NCBI GenBank assembly: GCA_964106645.2
Contig: OZ067039.1
Direction: 5' to 3' (one strand)
DNA length: 64,000 bases
Source: Podarcis pityusensis
Lineage: Eukaryota
Part shown: piece by piece, positions 12,968 to 26,204 of the stretch
Position numbering within the stretch: position 1 is the stretch's first letter
Layout of the letters: each line of letters begins with the position of its first letter
The notes under the pieces: generated by a model
Database searches by the model: none
What the model saw: only the letters and a program-made list of their open reading frames with translations
What the model was told of the DNA's origin: nothing
Translations under genes and position numbers: made by a program

Positions 12968-14195
12968 CCCCAAGGAGTGGCATGGCATGGGGCATAAGGG
13001 CTGCAGCAGGACTGGGAAACTGGAAGAATCTGGGATGCAACCTTGGAGTGATGAAACTGCCTTTCCACTCACACAACAAGACACCTTTGAATCCAAGCCC
13101 ATGAAAGGAAAGAAGCTTCTGCACGGTTAAGAGCAGACATCTCTATCCGTTTCAAATAAGCTACCATTGTGCTATCTGGTGAAGACCTAGAGGCTCATTT
13201 TTATTCCAATCAATGTCAACAAAGTGCCTGATGAAGATTCAGAGGAAACTAGGAAGCTGTAGAGCTGGGAAAACTTAACCACGTCCATTGAGAAATCCCA
13301 TTGAATTAAGTGTGGCTTACTCCCCAGTAAGTGGAGTTAGGATTGTAATCATAGCTGTGCCTACATAGCTTAGCAACAACCCAGGGTCTCCAGCAGAGAT
13401 GTTTCACCTCATCTGATCATTTTTGACTGGAGATGCCAGAGACTTTCTGTGTATACCTGCGCCACTGAACTCTTGTTCTTCTCCTCTCAGAAGCTAAGTA
13501 GTTCAGGAACCAAGCACTCTTTGAATGGAGGAATTAGCTGGGATACCCGTGTACACTGCTGGGAGGCAGGTAGGACCCCAGTGTAGCACATCATGTAGTT
13601 TGTTTTCAAGTCAGATTCAATATTGCATTTGTTTCTTGATTTTACTTGGTTGCTGTGTAAATGTCCCACTTTCTCATTATTTCCTGTTCTTGACTAACTA
13701 GAATGGTGAGACTAGGATGGCTGTTCCGTAAGACTACAATTATTTGTGATCCAGTGGAGAAGGCATGGCTTATCCACTCATTAAGTATTGACTCTGGCAT
13801 CCTGCAGCAGAGCCTTGAATGCCACGCAGCGTGGCTTCGTGATTAAGAATGCACAGTCAAAATCAGAGTATAGACTTGCATCCCTGTGGACTCGAGAGTC
13901 CTGCTCTACATGGGCCAAGGACAGCTTTTCAAACGGATGCAGGTTATGCTCTTTAACAATGGTGGATTTATAGACTATACTTGCCAGCATTTTTGAGACA
14001 GCAGGCAGCATAGCTATTCATGGAATACCATATAGTTGGGAGGGGGTTATTGGTTTGTTTTTGTTTTCTTGTTATGTATTTTATGTTCTCGTTTTCATTA
14101 TGTTGTAAACTGCCCTGCACTCTTCAGGTGAAGTGCTGTGTACAAATTTAATTAATAACAGTAAATAAAATAGATGTATTTAGTTCCCTTCAGTG

Positions 14196-14330
14196 TCATA
14201 GAATTAAAGGGCTGGAAAGACCTTAAAGGACATCGGGTCCAACTGCTTCCATAATGTGTGATCTGCAATACAGGTTGCATCTACAGCATCCCTGACAGAT
14301 TATCACCCAACTTCTAATTAAATACCACCA
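14196..14330 (-). mobile_element. Old CR1 3' tail
   Basis: tcatagaattaaagggctggaaagaccttaaaggacatcgggtccaac. Confidence 0.55.
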
Positions 14331-16671
14331 GCTATGCATTAGTTTAGCAAAGACGTTGTTTTCGATAGAATGCATATGTGCTCAGCATTTTGAGCATCTT
14401 ATTGTATGTCTTGATAGCTGGTACCATTTTGTGGAATTTATAGATGTGATACATAGCATATGTGATTTGTTCTTTGTTCTTTACAGCAGTGGTTGTTTAT
14501 CAGTCACATCACATTATATAGGATATCTCTTTTTGATGATAGTTTGGCTTTCTCAGTTACAATTTTTCTGGGTTTTTTTCCTGCCGTTCGAGTTGCATAA
14601 GTACAATATTTTGATAGCTAGGGGTAGGCATGTTCCATCACTGCTGTTAACAACAAACTCTTCAAAACATCACAAAGGAAACCTTGGAGGAACATGATCT
14701 ATAGTCTTTCTGATGTTGCTGATAAATGAGTAATGATGTGGTAAGCATGCAATTAGATGTAATTTGCTTATGTAATTGAGCAGAATTAAAAAAGATCAAT
14801 ATCCAATCTACATTTAGTATGAAAAGCAATTAGTTTAATTGATGGGGAAAAAGACCTTTTACATCAGTTAATTACTATAAAATGGCCTAATACTCAAGGC
14901 AGACCAGGATTATTAATAGTACATGAACATTTTAATTCTATAAATCACCTTTACCTGGAAACTGATATAGTCCTGTATTTGGCAATTCCTACCTAGGAAA
15001 AGGTCCAATGGCACTCTTTTTATGTTACCAACCATTTTACATTAATTCATTTATTTAATAAAAAATTATACACCACTTGATTGTAAAAAAACAAAACAAG
15101 AAACTCTCAGAAAGCAGTTTAATGGCTATGAATTAATTTAAATTAGTAGTGGTGAGAGAATTATTGCCTATATTCACCATTTAAATATAACCATATCCAA
15201 GAATTTCTACATAAAAATGCTAAGTCCAACTTTCATGCATCAAAGATAGACACCTTCAATTTTATAAAATACAAAAGTGGGTCATAAAGTGCTCCACTTT
15301 GGGTTTATTATCCTAAATTCACCATGGATATTCTAGTTTCATGATGATTTTCTAGACCTGTTACCAAAATCTATTCAAAATCTATTCAAGAAAAAGTAGG
15401 CAAAATTAAAGAAAATAAAACCAATCATGGGAGAGTGGGGAAGGGCTTATGAGGGTAGCCTAAGAGGTACTCTTCTGTTGGTTACATGGTATAAATAACT
15501 TTAAAATAAATAAGATTCTCTGAGCAAAGACACAACACAGAAAGCTTCCTGGTCCTGAAAAACAGAGGACTTTGCAGTCCTTTAAGTAGCTCAAGAGCAA
15601 AAGTGTGAAGGCTTTGGCCCTGGTGATAATCGCAGGAACTTTTCCTGAGCTACTTTCATTGGAAATGTGATGTTTATGATTGTTTGAGGCAACTGTTTCT
15701 TTCACTACCCTGGTTTGACTCATAAGACATCTGCATTCCAAGCTGAAATCTGTGTTGTGTACCAAATAGTGTTGCATCTGCAATGTGTTGGAACCAAAGT
15801 TGCAAAGTTGCATTGCAGAAATTAGGTTCTCCAATGTTGCAGCCAATCAAAGCTCCTGTTGAGCCAGAGTGATACTGGCTTGGGACAGAAACACAGAAGT
15901 AATTGCTAACACTGAGTCCAAATTTCAACAGATCCTTGACTTGTCTAATAATAATCCCTCCCATCAAAGTCCCCCCCCCACCTCTGATAAAGATTTATCC
16001 AGCTGTAATCAGTCTTTGAAATGCTAATATACTCATATTCCAGCCTCTTCATAGTCTGCTGATATCGCAGCAGGGAGTGTTTGTTTTTTCAAGGACTGAA
16101 ATTCTATTGAATATATTTTACCTTGAAGAACTAGAAATCCCCTGAACAGGTGGCATTTTCAGACTTTAGGAATGGACGTTAAATGTCATAACAGGAAAGG
16201 GCAACAATTAGTAGAGATTGTATTTTGCTGCATAAACAAACCAAAAGCCCTTTTAGAGGAGTAAATACAGCCTCTCTTTGCAGTCTGTGTACTGTCTCAA
16301 GGGTAGTGGCTCTGCCCCTATGTCTTTGGACATTGACTGTAGCCTGGCAACACAAGATAGTGAATGAAACAATAGGCTACAGTTATAACAGCGCAGTGCA
16401 TCGTATTTTCACTGACAGCACAACCCATACAAAGCATTAATGCACTCTCTGGCTCTCATTCATGGCTAGATGTCTACCAGTTAAATTATTTTGGCTCCAG
16501 CAGATGGTTGAGTCAGATGGTTGTGTAAAAAACCAGCCTGTTTGTTTGGATGGATAAGGCAAGCTCAATCAAACTGTGGGTTTTGTTGTGCCATTTAGTA
16601 ATGATCTGCATCTGTAGAGGATTGCATTCAGTGAAGAACGTGCAGCCATTGAAAGAGCCTAAAGCAATATG

Positions 16672-17089
16672 GAAGTGAGAGGTGGACCATAAAGAAGGCT
16701 GATCGCCGAAGAATTGATGCTTTTGAATTATGGTGCTGGAAGAGACTCTTGAGAGTCCCATGGACTGCAAGAAGATCAAACCTCTCCATTCTTTGGGAAA
16801 TCAGCCCTGAGTGCTCACTGGAAGGACAGATCGTGAAGCTGAGGCTGCAATACTTTGGCCACCTCAGGAGAAGAGAAGACTCCCTGGAAAAGACCCTGAT
16901 GTTGGGAAAGATGGAGGGTACAAGGAGAAGGGGACGACAGAGGACGAGATGGTTGGACAGTGTTCTCAAAGCTACAAACATGAGTTTGACCAAACTGCAG
17001 GAGGCAGTGGAAGACAGGAGTGCCTGGCATGCTCTGGTCCATGGGGTCACAAAGAGTCAGACACGACTAAACAACGACTAAACAACAAC
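16672..17089 (+). mobile_element. BovB (RTE clade) LINE, 5'-truncated 3' end
   Basis: Peptide RVPWTARRSNLSIL...KLRLQYFGHL...LEKTLMLGKMEG.RRRGRQR.RWLD; (CAA)n tail; 11-bp TSD aaagcaatatg at 16661-16671 and 17090-17100. Confidence 0.95.
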
Positions 17090-20079
17090 AAAGCAATATG
17101 TGGTTTTGTCCTTCAGTGAGGTGGGGGCCAAACGATGTGGAGGAACATGAAGTCCCAGTAAGACCAGCTGAAATTCTCGCTGGTGATTTGGCATATGTTG
17201 TAAAACAAAACAAAAAAAGAATGAGAGCCCTGAAGTAATTTTGGAAGTTCTTCTTTAAGCAAAATATGGCAAGACAGGAGTTTTGATAAAACCGATGGCA
17301 TTTCTCAGGAGAATGTGCATTTCAAGGCAGCAGTTTGAACTACAGCCTGAATATCAGTGCTTCCCTATGGTTTCTGATCACATGGCTGAACTAACTTACA
17401 CCATGTGGAGAGTCACTTCACACAAGTGGTTTTATTTACTGTGCAGTTGCATTTCAAGCAGCGATATCACTGCAGTTTGCACATATTAATGACCTTCTGT
17501 TCTGACAAACTGCTGCTCATAAACCCCACCTGAAACTTTGGGGTTATTCGTAGCAATCTCTGCAGGGCCCCTTGTTGGGCTCCTACTGAGCTCTCTAATC
17601 GACTGCCTGGTTCTTCCTTTCTTCCTTTCCTCAGCTATCATGCTCTCCATGAATTCCTGCATTTTGCCCAGAAACCTCTTACTGATCTGGGTTTTCACTT
17701 TGGCTGACATGTCTGTACCTGTGATGTACATACATGGCATTATTACTATGTTCTTTCTGAGGGCAGGTTTTTTTTAGAAATAAAAATTTCAGTTGCAATA
17801 AACGGATAAGTTACGTCATTGCAAACATGACTGAGCAAAACAGAAGTGTGGAAATAAATGCAGGAGTGGCTCAACTGTTTGCTGCCATTTACTACGAGGG
17901 GGACGGCTGAAATGGCAGCGAGGTCAAGGCGGCGAAGAGGCAGCAACAGAACTAGTTCTACTTTCCTGCTGGTACACCCATGAAGTCCTGACCTTGCTAC
18001 TGCCTCACCCCTCTTGGTAAGCAGCAGAAATTCTGCTGCTGGGAGTCTACTACTCTGGCTCCACCCCACCAGAGAGATGCTCCTTATTATATGTTTGAAT
18101 GGAATCTGGAAGTATGTTCCCCCCCCCCCCCACGACGTTCAACTAGTTGGTCAAATTATCATTGCTGGCTTGGGTGTTGCAAACCTCCACATTTAGATTT
18201 AATATATGAGTCTTGCAAACTTTAGAATCATCCTTAACCTGAAACTGAAATTAAGGACTACAGATTTCTGGATTTGTTTTCATCTTGTGGCTTTAGGCCA
18301 AAAATCTGTTTACTTTGGAGGGCCTATTAATTTGCTGCCTGTTGTGCCTGCCCAGGATGACTAGAGTAGATAGGGCGGGTGCTTAGCAACAATCAGATAA
18401 CCTAGAAGTGCCATAGATAGTAACAATAATTGCCGGTTTTGATTCCTTTCTTGCTTCTAATTATGGTGCATGTACCTTTCCCTCTCGGTCCTGCTTTTCA
18501 GTGCCTTGGAAAGTTCAAGTGTGGTTTTACGCATTTCCTGATGGGTGATGAATTCACTCCCCGAAGACAGACCCTGTGTTGTTCGTGGTGTCTGCCATTC
18601 ATTATTCTATTTTACTTTACCAATCTTTCTAGTGTTCTGCAGAGATAGGCCTATAATTAATAAGGGATTTGTTCTTTACAATGAAGATAGTTACAGAATG
18701 CATTTGGTTCTAATGATGAGTAAATGAATTGGCCAGTGCCAATCTGTTTCCTCTCATGACAATTTGAAACTCTCTCTATTTTTATCCCAGAAGTCAAACT
18801 GGCACTGTAGTTTACTACTTCAGGCTGTAATTAATTTGTGCCTTAAAAGCAAATAGATTCAAGGTTTGGTCAGTGGTTGAACAGAAACTCTAAAATGTAA
18901 CTCCATTGTTTTTTTTTTTTTTTAATGACGCTCATAAGTTGAACCTGTTGAATTCCTCCAATAGGAATTTTCTTAAAAATTGTGTGTCCTCTGAATGAGA
19001 TGCTTAGTTGAAACCTCAGAGTCATTAAAATTCCTATAGCAAAAATCTTGAGAGTTTTAGTGCTAACATGTTGGTCAGTTTCCAATATAGATGCCTAAAT
19101 TGCTCTATGAATTTTCAGCAGGATAAGATGCTTACAATCCCATGCCACATACTAGATATTTAGATATGGGAAAATGTTTTGGCTTTCTGAGGCTTGTAGA
19201 TCTTGCTTCTGCTTCAGATGCTGGTATGCAATTCGGAAAGCGTCCATTTCTGTGATAAAACTAAAGATGTTTTTAACACTTGGCAATTTCAATCACAATA
19301 GTAATTGGACCCTAGCTACTCATGGAATTCCCTGTGGGGAGGGGGGAATCTGCCCCAGTTTCTTCAGTGTAACAGAAAACTTTGGCTTTGTCCATATGTA
19401 ACACTAAGCCATGAATTGTTTAGCGTAATGCTGGTTTGTCTTCATGCCCAAGCCTTACCAGACTCACACTATTATTTGTTTGGGGCAACGGACCATGATT
19501 TGAAATGATGGGAAGCCAGGTAAGCAATACCACTTCACCCACTCTGCCCTGCCAGCAGGGGATTATTATTAATATTACTAATTCTTACTCACCCTTTATC
19601 AGAAGTTCTCAGGACAGTTTACAGTATGTAAAAACACAATGCAATAAAAACAGCAATAAATAACAACTCTGCCTACCCATAATCGCAAGACAATAACTTT
19701 GCAGAATACATTATGGGGCGAATACCAAAATAAATTCATTACAAAAGGAATTCATTGATTCATTACAGAAGCAGTATTGGTAAGTAGTCCTAACAAGGGA
19801 AATGTAAATTGCTTTCAAAGTGCCATACAGCAAAGTGCTTCAATGAAGTGCAAAATGCAGGATTAAAAACCATACAGTGCTTTGCTAGAGTAGAAAATAC
19901 AAACTGGAAGATGTATTATTCATATCAAGGTGCGGGCTACTGAGAAAAGTGCTAACAATATCTCACAAAGCACTAATCAAGTGCTACCTGCTAACATAGT
20001 ATACCATAGTTGGGCACTGAGAGTACTACACACCCCTTATTCTGATACACCTCCCAATTCAACATCTCTCAACCTCACG

Positions 20080-20254
20080 CCAGGGCAGATTTGGTAATAT
20101 GGCGCCCTGAGTAAGGACAAAATTTGGCGCCCTTTCCCCTCTTGTCTTCAGTTCTGCGCATGCTCTGAAGTGTACTGTGTCACATTTTTACACCCCTTCA
20201 TTCAACACAGTGCCCTGTAGGAGAATCACACATGCCACCTTAAATTCAGCACTG
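20080..20254. mobile_element. hAT-type MITE
   Basis: TIR cagggcagattt...aaattcagcactg; 8-bp flanks acctcacg / acctcatg differ by one CpG transition. Confidence 0.65.
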
Positions 20255-20634
20255 ACCTCATGGCTCTCACCCTGAGCCCAAACAAACAGTGCCCCCTCGA
20301 ACTTCTCACAACAGAGAGACTCTCGCAAATCTGGTGGTCTCACTCTAATCTCTCACTCTAGGGTTCAGACCTCATTCATCATAGCAGTCAGAATTCAAGA
20401 AACTGGCACCCCATCCCTATAGCAATGGAAGAACCAAAGGGGCTGTTCCCTTTGGAGGGAACCCTACAACCACTATCCCACCTCCCACAGTAGGACTTGC
20501 TTTTGGGGGCCAACAACGGGGCCAGATTGAACTTGCTCATGCTGCCCATAGCTGTGTAGTCATGACAGCAAAGCAACATCTACAGAGATGATAAGTTGCA
20601 ACAGGAGACAAAAAAGAAAATGTAGCATCAAAAA

Positions 20635-20753
20635 CAGGGCTTCTATTGTTAGTTTCCCAGCTCCCATTAGCCATGTCAGGCATGGCCGATGATCCAGGGT
20701 GATGGGGGTTGTAGTTTAGCCATGGCTGCAGGCCTACAAGTTTCCCATCCCTG
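20635..20753. mobile_element. Degenerate palindromic hAT-like MITE (partial second copy near 32122-32185)
   Basis: cccagctcccattagcc...gatgggggttgtagt...ttcccatccctg pattern. Confidence 0.5.
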
Positions 20754-20886
20754 ATCTGAAATGAACACAGTGAGCAGCAACAGTGAAAGTTGAAGCAAAT
20801 TAGTAAATTTATGCTAAGGAAGAAAAGATATTTCACTTTCATGTGGTTCTGCTTTGACAAGTTGAGACAAGGCCCACTTGCTAAAC

Positions 20887-20976
20887 CATAGCTGTCAACT
20901 TTTCCCTTTTCTTGCGAGGAATTCTATTCGGAATAAGGGAATTTCCCTTTAAAAAAGGGAAACGTTGACAGCTATG
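20887..20976. mobile_element. Minimal 90-bp hAT MITE, family C
   Basis: Perfect TIR catagctgtcaac...gttgacagctatg; perfect 8-bp TSD tgctaaac at 20879-20886 and 20977-20984. Confidence 0.9.
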
Positions 20977-21081
20977 TGCTAAACTCAGTTTTCTTATTCA
21001 ACTTCAACACAGACTCTTCCCTACCTCACCCCCAGTTCCTTAAAAACTTGTACCATAATTGGGAACCTCTAACCTGTTTTC

Positions 21082-21446
21082 GGGACGCGGGTGGCACTGT
21101 GGGTAAAACCTCAGTGCCTAGGGCTTGCCAATCGCATGGTTGGCGGTTCGAATCCCCGCGGTGGGGTGAGCTCCCGTCTTTCAGTCCCAGCTCCTACCCA
21201 CCTAGCAGTTCGAAAGCACCCTTAAGTGCAAGTAGATGAATAGGTACCGCTTTATAGCGGGAAGGTAAACGGCGTTTCCATGTGCTGCGCTGGTGCTGGC
21301 TCGCCAGAGCAGCTTCGTCACGCTGGCCACGTGACCCGGAAGTGTCTCCAGACAGCGCTGGCCCGCGGCCTCTTAAGTGAGATGGGCGCACAACCCTACA
21401 GTCGGACACGACTGGCCCGTACGGGCAGGGGTACCTTTACCTTTTT
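21082..21446 (+). mobile_element. Sauria SINE (Squam1), full length
   Basis: tRNA head gggacgcgggtggcactgtggg, B-box GGTTCGAATCC, BovB-like tail gtcggacacgact plus (ACCTTT)n; 12-bp TSD taacctgttttc. Confidence 0.95.
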
Positions 21447-22540
21447 TAACCTGTTTTCAACAAGTAAATTAACAATGTCTATTTTATCACTCTCAACTAT
21501 TAAATGACCCTATATCAAAGCAAGAATACACATGAAAATACCTTCAACTGAAACAGGAGAAAAGGAGAGCACAAATACCTTGAGAAAGATAATTAAAGCA
21601 TTTTTTAACAAAACAGTTAAATAAAAAACAGCAACCTTTGAAATAGTTAAAACATGAGGGCACAGCAGAGCAAATTTAATGCTACCTCGGTTTGCTTTGG
21701 AGTGGATGTCTGTAAATAGGAACAGGTAGGGTGTTATTTTCACCACTTATGATGAGAGCTTCCTCCAGTGGCTCTCTGAAACTAAAAACAACTTTAAGAA
21801 GGCATAGTTTTATCTCTCACCCAAGCATGTAAAGACAAGATCCATGGCTGCAGCCATTAAGAGAGGAGCAGCAAAACTGAAGTACAAAAGAAAGACATCA
21901 GTAGCAGCAAAATAAAAATGATTTTTCAGAATCTCATAAACTTGGTGTGGGTGAGTGGGGAAATCCCACACTCTAAAAACACTAATTGGGAAAGCATAAA
22001 GTAATTCTTGTTCAGTGTAAAAGTGTTGACATACAAATGACCTCAAAAAATGCCAATTTTAATTTCTGCCTGCAATTGCATTGGCTCTGTCAGCAATGAT
22101 TACGGAAGCCAGGGTGAACACTGAGCACAAAGGAATTGGGAAAATAAGAAGAAATGTGTCGCTGGATTTGTGAATGACATGAAATGCTGTCCCCTCTACT
22201 CTCTCTCACACACAAACATTGTAATTGCCTTCCTTGTGGCCAAGGCAAGTTAATTGCTCATATCAAATGCAAGTGTTTCAAGGCCTGAATGCCTGCATTG
22301 TTATACCACACAGACAGCCACCTGAATTAGTGTGGAAAACAGGCAGAGTTGCCCCCCACTGACCTAGAGATATTACATATTTCTATAAAAATTAAAATGG
22401 AGAGCAGCATCAATGATCTCACAACAAGACAAAGAAGAGATAGTAGGAAAAGGTTGTAAACAAATGGCTGAAACCAGACATGATTTGGGATTTAAAAAAT
22501 CCTTCTCCAGTTTATCGGGTCCTCCCTAAAAGAGGGCATG

Positions 22541-23308
22541 TGTTGCGGTGAGACCTGGAGACTGACCACCTGTGTTGTGGGTGGGTAAAATTGGTCGGCC
22601 ACAACACCTGATTGGTAGGTCCCTCGATGCTGGGTTCAATCTGGCCAATGGGGCGCAGTCTAAACAGTTCGAGGGACCAATATATACCCATGCACGTGAC
22701 CCAGAGCTTCTCTTTCGGCTCATGCATTTGGAATACCCGCCCAACCTCTCCCTACTTTTAGGGGATTTTGTGATTGACCTTGCTATGCCATCGTGTGTCG
22801 TCTGTCGTTGGGACAGGGGCACGGCAGGAATTTCCCCACTTGGCTGATTGGCTGTTGCCATTTGGGTTTCACCTGCCACGTAGCAAATCGTCACAACTTG
22901 TAAGGTTGCAGATAGGCACTGGTTCAGGTGATAGGGATGGGAGAACGCTCTCGCCATCCCTATGTGAAGGGTATTCCGTTAAAGGAATCCAGGGACTCAA
23001 CTGGTTTGGTCAATCCCCGAGAGGGAGTTGTGCCTGTGCCTGAGTCCAGGGGGGCATCAGGGAGGTGGACATAGTCTGTTCCTGGCTTTTCACCTACCCA
23101 GGTGTTCACCCCTGGCTGACCTATGCTGGTGCCCTGGGTCAGTGTTGCCTGCTAGGGTGCAGGGAGCTAGTCGAACCAGAGCCTATACAACCACTCACCT
23201 ACTGTAATCAATAAAGTTTTGGCCTAAATTCTGCCAAAAACCAAAACTAAATTTTGAGTCAAGTGTGACTTTATTCAGGGGGAGGTCTCTGGGTCTGAAC
23301 ACGGAACA
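22541..23308 (+). mobile_element. LTR-like element (~770 bp), possibly a 3' LTR with a PPT remnant
   Basis: TGTT...AACA termini with imperfect TIR (tgttgcggtgagacctggagac / gtctctgggtctgaacacggaaca); AATAAA near 23210; purine run aaaagaggg just upstream; no matching TSD. Confidence 0.65.
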
Positions 23309-23564
23309 AATTCATCCAATTCTGTCACCATGTTGCTTAATGTTAAGGAGGTGAAGTCAAAAATAGAATGGAGGTGCAATTCTCCTTCAAGTAAATGCTT
23401 AGGCATAGACCAATAATGTGTGCCTTTGGGTCAGAATAATCATGTCTTGAGAAGCCTCTTTGTCTAGAGTGAACTAGACAAAGCATTCTCCCTCTTCCTC
23501 TCCCCCTCTAAAAAGGCTCTGGTTACAGAATACCATGTGGGTCGTGGTAGGAGATTACAGGAAT

Positions 23565-23938
23565 TGTTGAATGCTATCTGTTTGGAACTGCAGAGTGAAG
23601 AGTGAACTGAGTGAAGAGTTTTTGAAGAGGTCACCTGAGGAAGGAGTTGGGAAATTGCCAGACTTCAGAATTCAGAGAACTCATCAGTTGCAGGACTTTG
23701 AAAGCAACTGAATTTAGGACTTGGCTGTGGACTTTAACGCAGCAAGGACTTTGAAACAAAGAACCCTCTATGGGCTCAGAGAGAGAAGACTACTTGTAAC
23801 ACCTGTAAATAATGTGTTTATGTATAGTGGTGTATGTTGGTGTTGGTCTAGTAAAGACAACTCTGCTAAACAGCTTTTCCTGTGGTCGGCCTAACCACCT
23901 GACTGAGCTTCCATGGTGCATACACCCAACGCCCAACA
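23565..23938 (+). mobile_element. Possible old solo LTR
   Basis: TGTTG...CAACA termini, internal ggacttt repeats, AGTAAA; TSD not convincing. Confidence 0.3.
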
Positions 23939-24093
23939 AGATTGGCAGACCACTCCCCTATTCCACTGGGATAATGTGACGACCTTTAAGCCAGTGAGAA
24001 CAGCTTATACATGCACATGCCAACAGACTGCTTCAGTCTTTGAAAAAATGGGTTCATACTACACAAGTGTAGTTAATGCAATTTATAACAATA

Positions 24094-24335
24094 CAGTGGT
24101 ACCTCTGGTTAAGAACTTAATTCGTTCTGGAGGTCCGTTCTTAACCTGAAACTGTTCTTAACCTGAAGGACCACTTTAGCTAATGGGGCCTCCTGCTGCA
24201 GCTGCGCCGCCACTGCACGATTTCTGTTCTCATCCTGAAGCAAAGTTCTTAACCTGAGGTACTATTTCTGGGTTAGTGGAGTCTGTAACCTGAAGCGTCT
24301 GTTACCTGAAGTGTCTGTAATCTGAGGTACCACTG
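24094..24335. mobile_element. Tc1/mariner-pogo MITE, family A
   Basis: Same TIRs and body as 4915-5172; TA flanks. Confidence 0.92.
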
Positions 24336-25694
24336 TAATAGGAATAATAAAGGTGGAAATAATTTGGTGTTGGTGAGGATGACAATCAAACTGGCTCCAA
24401 GTTTTGGAAGACCCTTGGGCAAGATACCCTCAGTGGCCTCCTTCCCCTACTCCACCAAGTGGACCCATATCACTTTCATTAGTGTCACCACCACCCATTC
24501 ACTTTACATCCTCCTTTGGACTATATCCACACAGCAACCCAGAGGGAGAGGGCAAGCAGTGTGGGGTCTGCTTCTTCTTCTTCATGCCCTCTTTGCTTAT
24601 TTTTCTAGAGAGGATATGTAAACAGGCAATGATTGCAAGGAGGAACAATAGCAGAATCAGGAGGCTCCACAGGTTGGCTGTGGGTCCCTTGCTGAGAGTG
24701 GACCTTGACTTGTGCTCAATAATGCCTACCTCTGATGATGTAATAGTAATTTGGTGTAACTACACTACTAATAATGCTCCATTATTTTAAGCTTGAAAAT
24801 AACAGGAAAGCAAAAGATAAATAGGAATGCTGGAGATAGGTTGTGTTTGTGTGTGTCCCCCATCAAATCAACAAATCAGTCTCTCCGTATTAAATCCATT
24901 CTGATGAGATTGTGGTGCTGAATAATCATAGAGCGTACACACCATGGATATTGTACTTGTGTTTGCTGTTTAATTATTTGTAGTTCCATGCCCCAGGATA
25001 CACAGCACTCATAATCTAGTTTTGCTTGGAATGGGGGGGGGGGGGGGAAATCCCTGATACATTTTCTGAATTATTCTTTCCCTTGGCACTAATAGCGTTT
25101 AATTCAAATTTTGCAGAATCAAATGATCCTATTTTCATGAGAGTATGTTGATGATGTTAAAACTGCTAATAAATATGTTGTGTGGGGGAAGTGGGCAGTT
25201 AATGAGAAAATGCCAGAGTGAAAAAAGAGAGTGGTGTCGTAAACAAGTTCCCGAGGCAAATAGTGTGATTATAAAGGAAAAGAACATGTATTTGCAGGCT
25301 GGTAAACAGGGAATACAAGCTTGTAAAACTGCTTACGCAGATTGTTCTACAGTCAGCCCCTTCAGCGCAGATAAATTGTTAATTCCTTTCATTTAGGTGC
25401 TGACAAACATCCTGAAAGGACACTGTGTCAGAAGCAACATCGTCCTAAACTATAAATTAGCATAGGTTTGGAAAGATAGCAAATGATTTGACCAAAACTA
25501 AAGGAAGTCAGGATAAGAAGGTTCAGAGGGGAGTTTCCCTTGGGTATGTAATCATGTGTTTCTAGTCATTTTGCTTACAAGCATCCTTATAATAAATAAA
25601 ATAAATAAATATCAGATGCAGTATTGGGCACCATTGACAAAATCATGTCAGCCATCGCAGCGCCAAAAGCAACACATCAAGTATGCAGTACGGA

Positions 25695-26147
25695 TTTTCG
25701 ATTTTTTTTTGAAAAAAGTATTTATGCTTTTCAGGTTTACATATTCCATTAATTTTACAATCATTTTAACATTTCAAAACCTGACTTCCTTCCCCCTCTC
25801 TCTGTGGTTCCTTAAATTTATTTTAATATCTTCTGCATATCCAAATTAACTCAATTTGCTCATTTATTCATCTTCTTTAAATATATACTCTTATGTAACT
25901 GCAGGTTATTACAATAATCCAGCCAATGTTCTTATCTGTTTACAATTTATCTGTAAATATTCAACAAACCATTTCCATTCTTTTATAAAAAGTTTGTTAT
26001 CTTGATTTCTTACTCTTCTGGGAAGTTTCGCCATTTCTGCATATTCCATAAGTTTTGGTATCCATTCTTCATTTGCTGGGACTTCTGCTTCTTTCCATTT
26101 TGGGGCGAGTAACATTCTTGCTGCTGCTGCTGCAACTACTACTACAC
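25695..26147 (-). mobile_element. L1 LINE, short 5'-truncated 3' end
   Basis: Peptide AARMLLAPKWKEAEVP..EEWIPKLMEYAEMAKL is homologous to the 55102-57132 C-terminus; poly(T) at the left; degenerate TSD tatgcagtacgga / tatgcactatgga. Confidence 0.85.
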
Positions 26148-26204
26148 TATGCACTATGGAATTAGTAAAAACCACCCAAACCACACCAGTTACCTAATTC
26201 TAAG

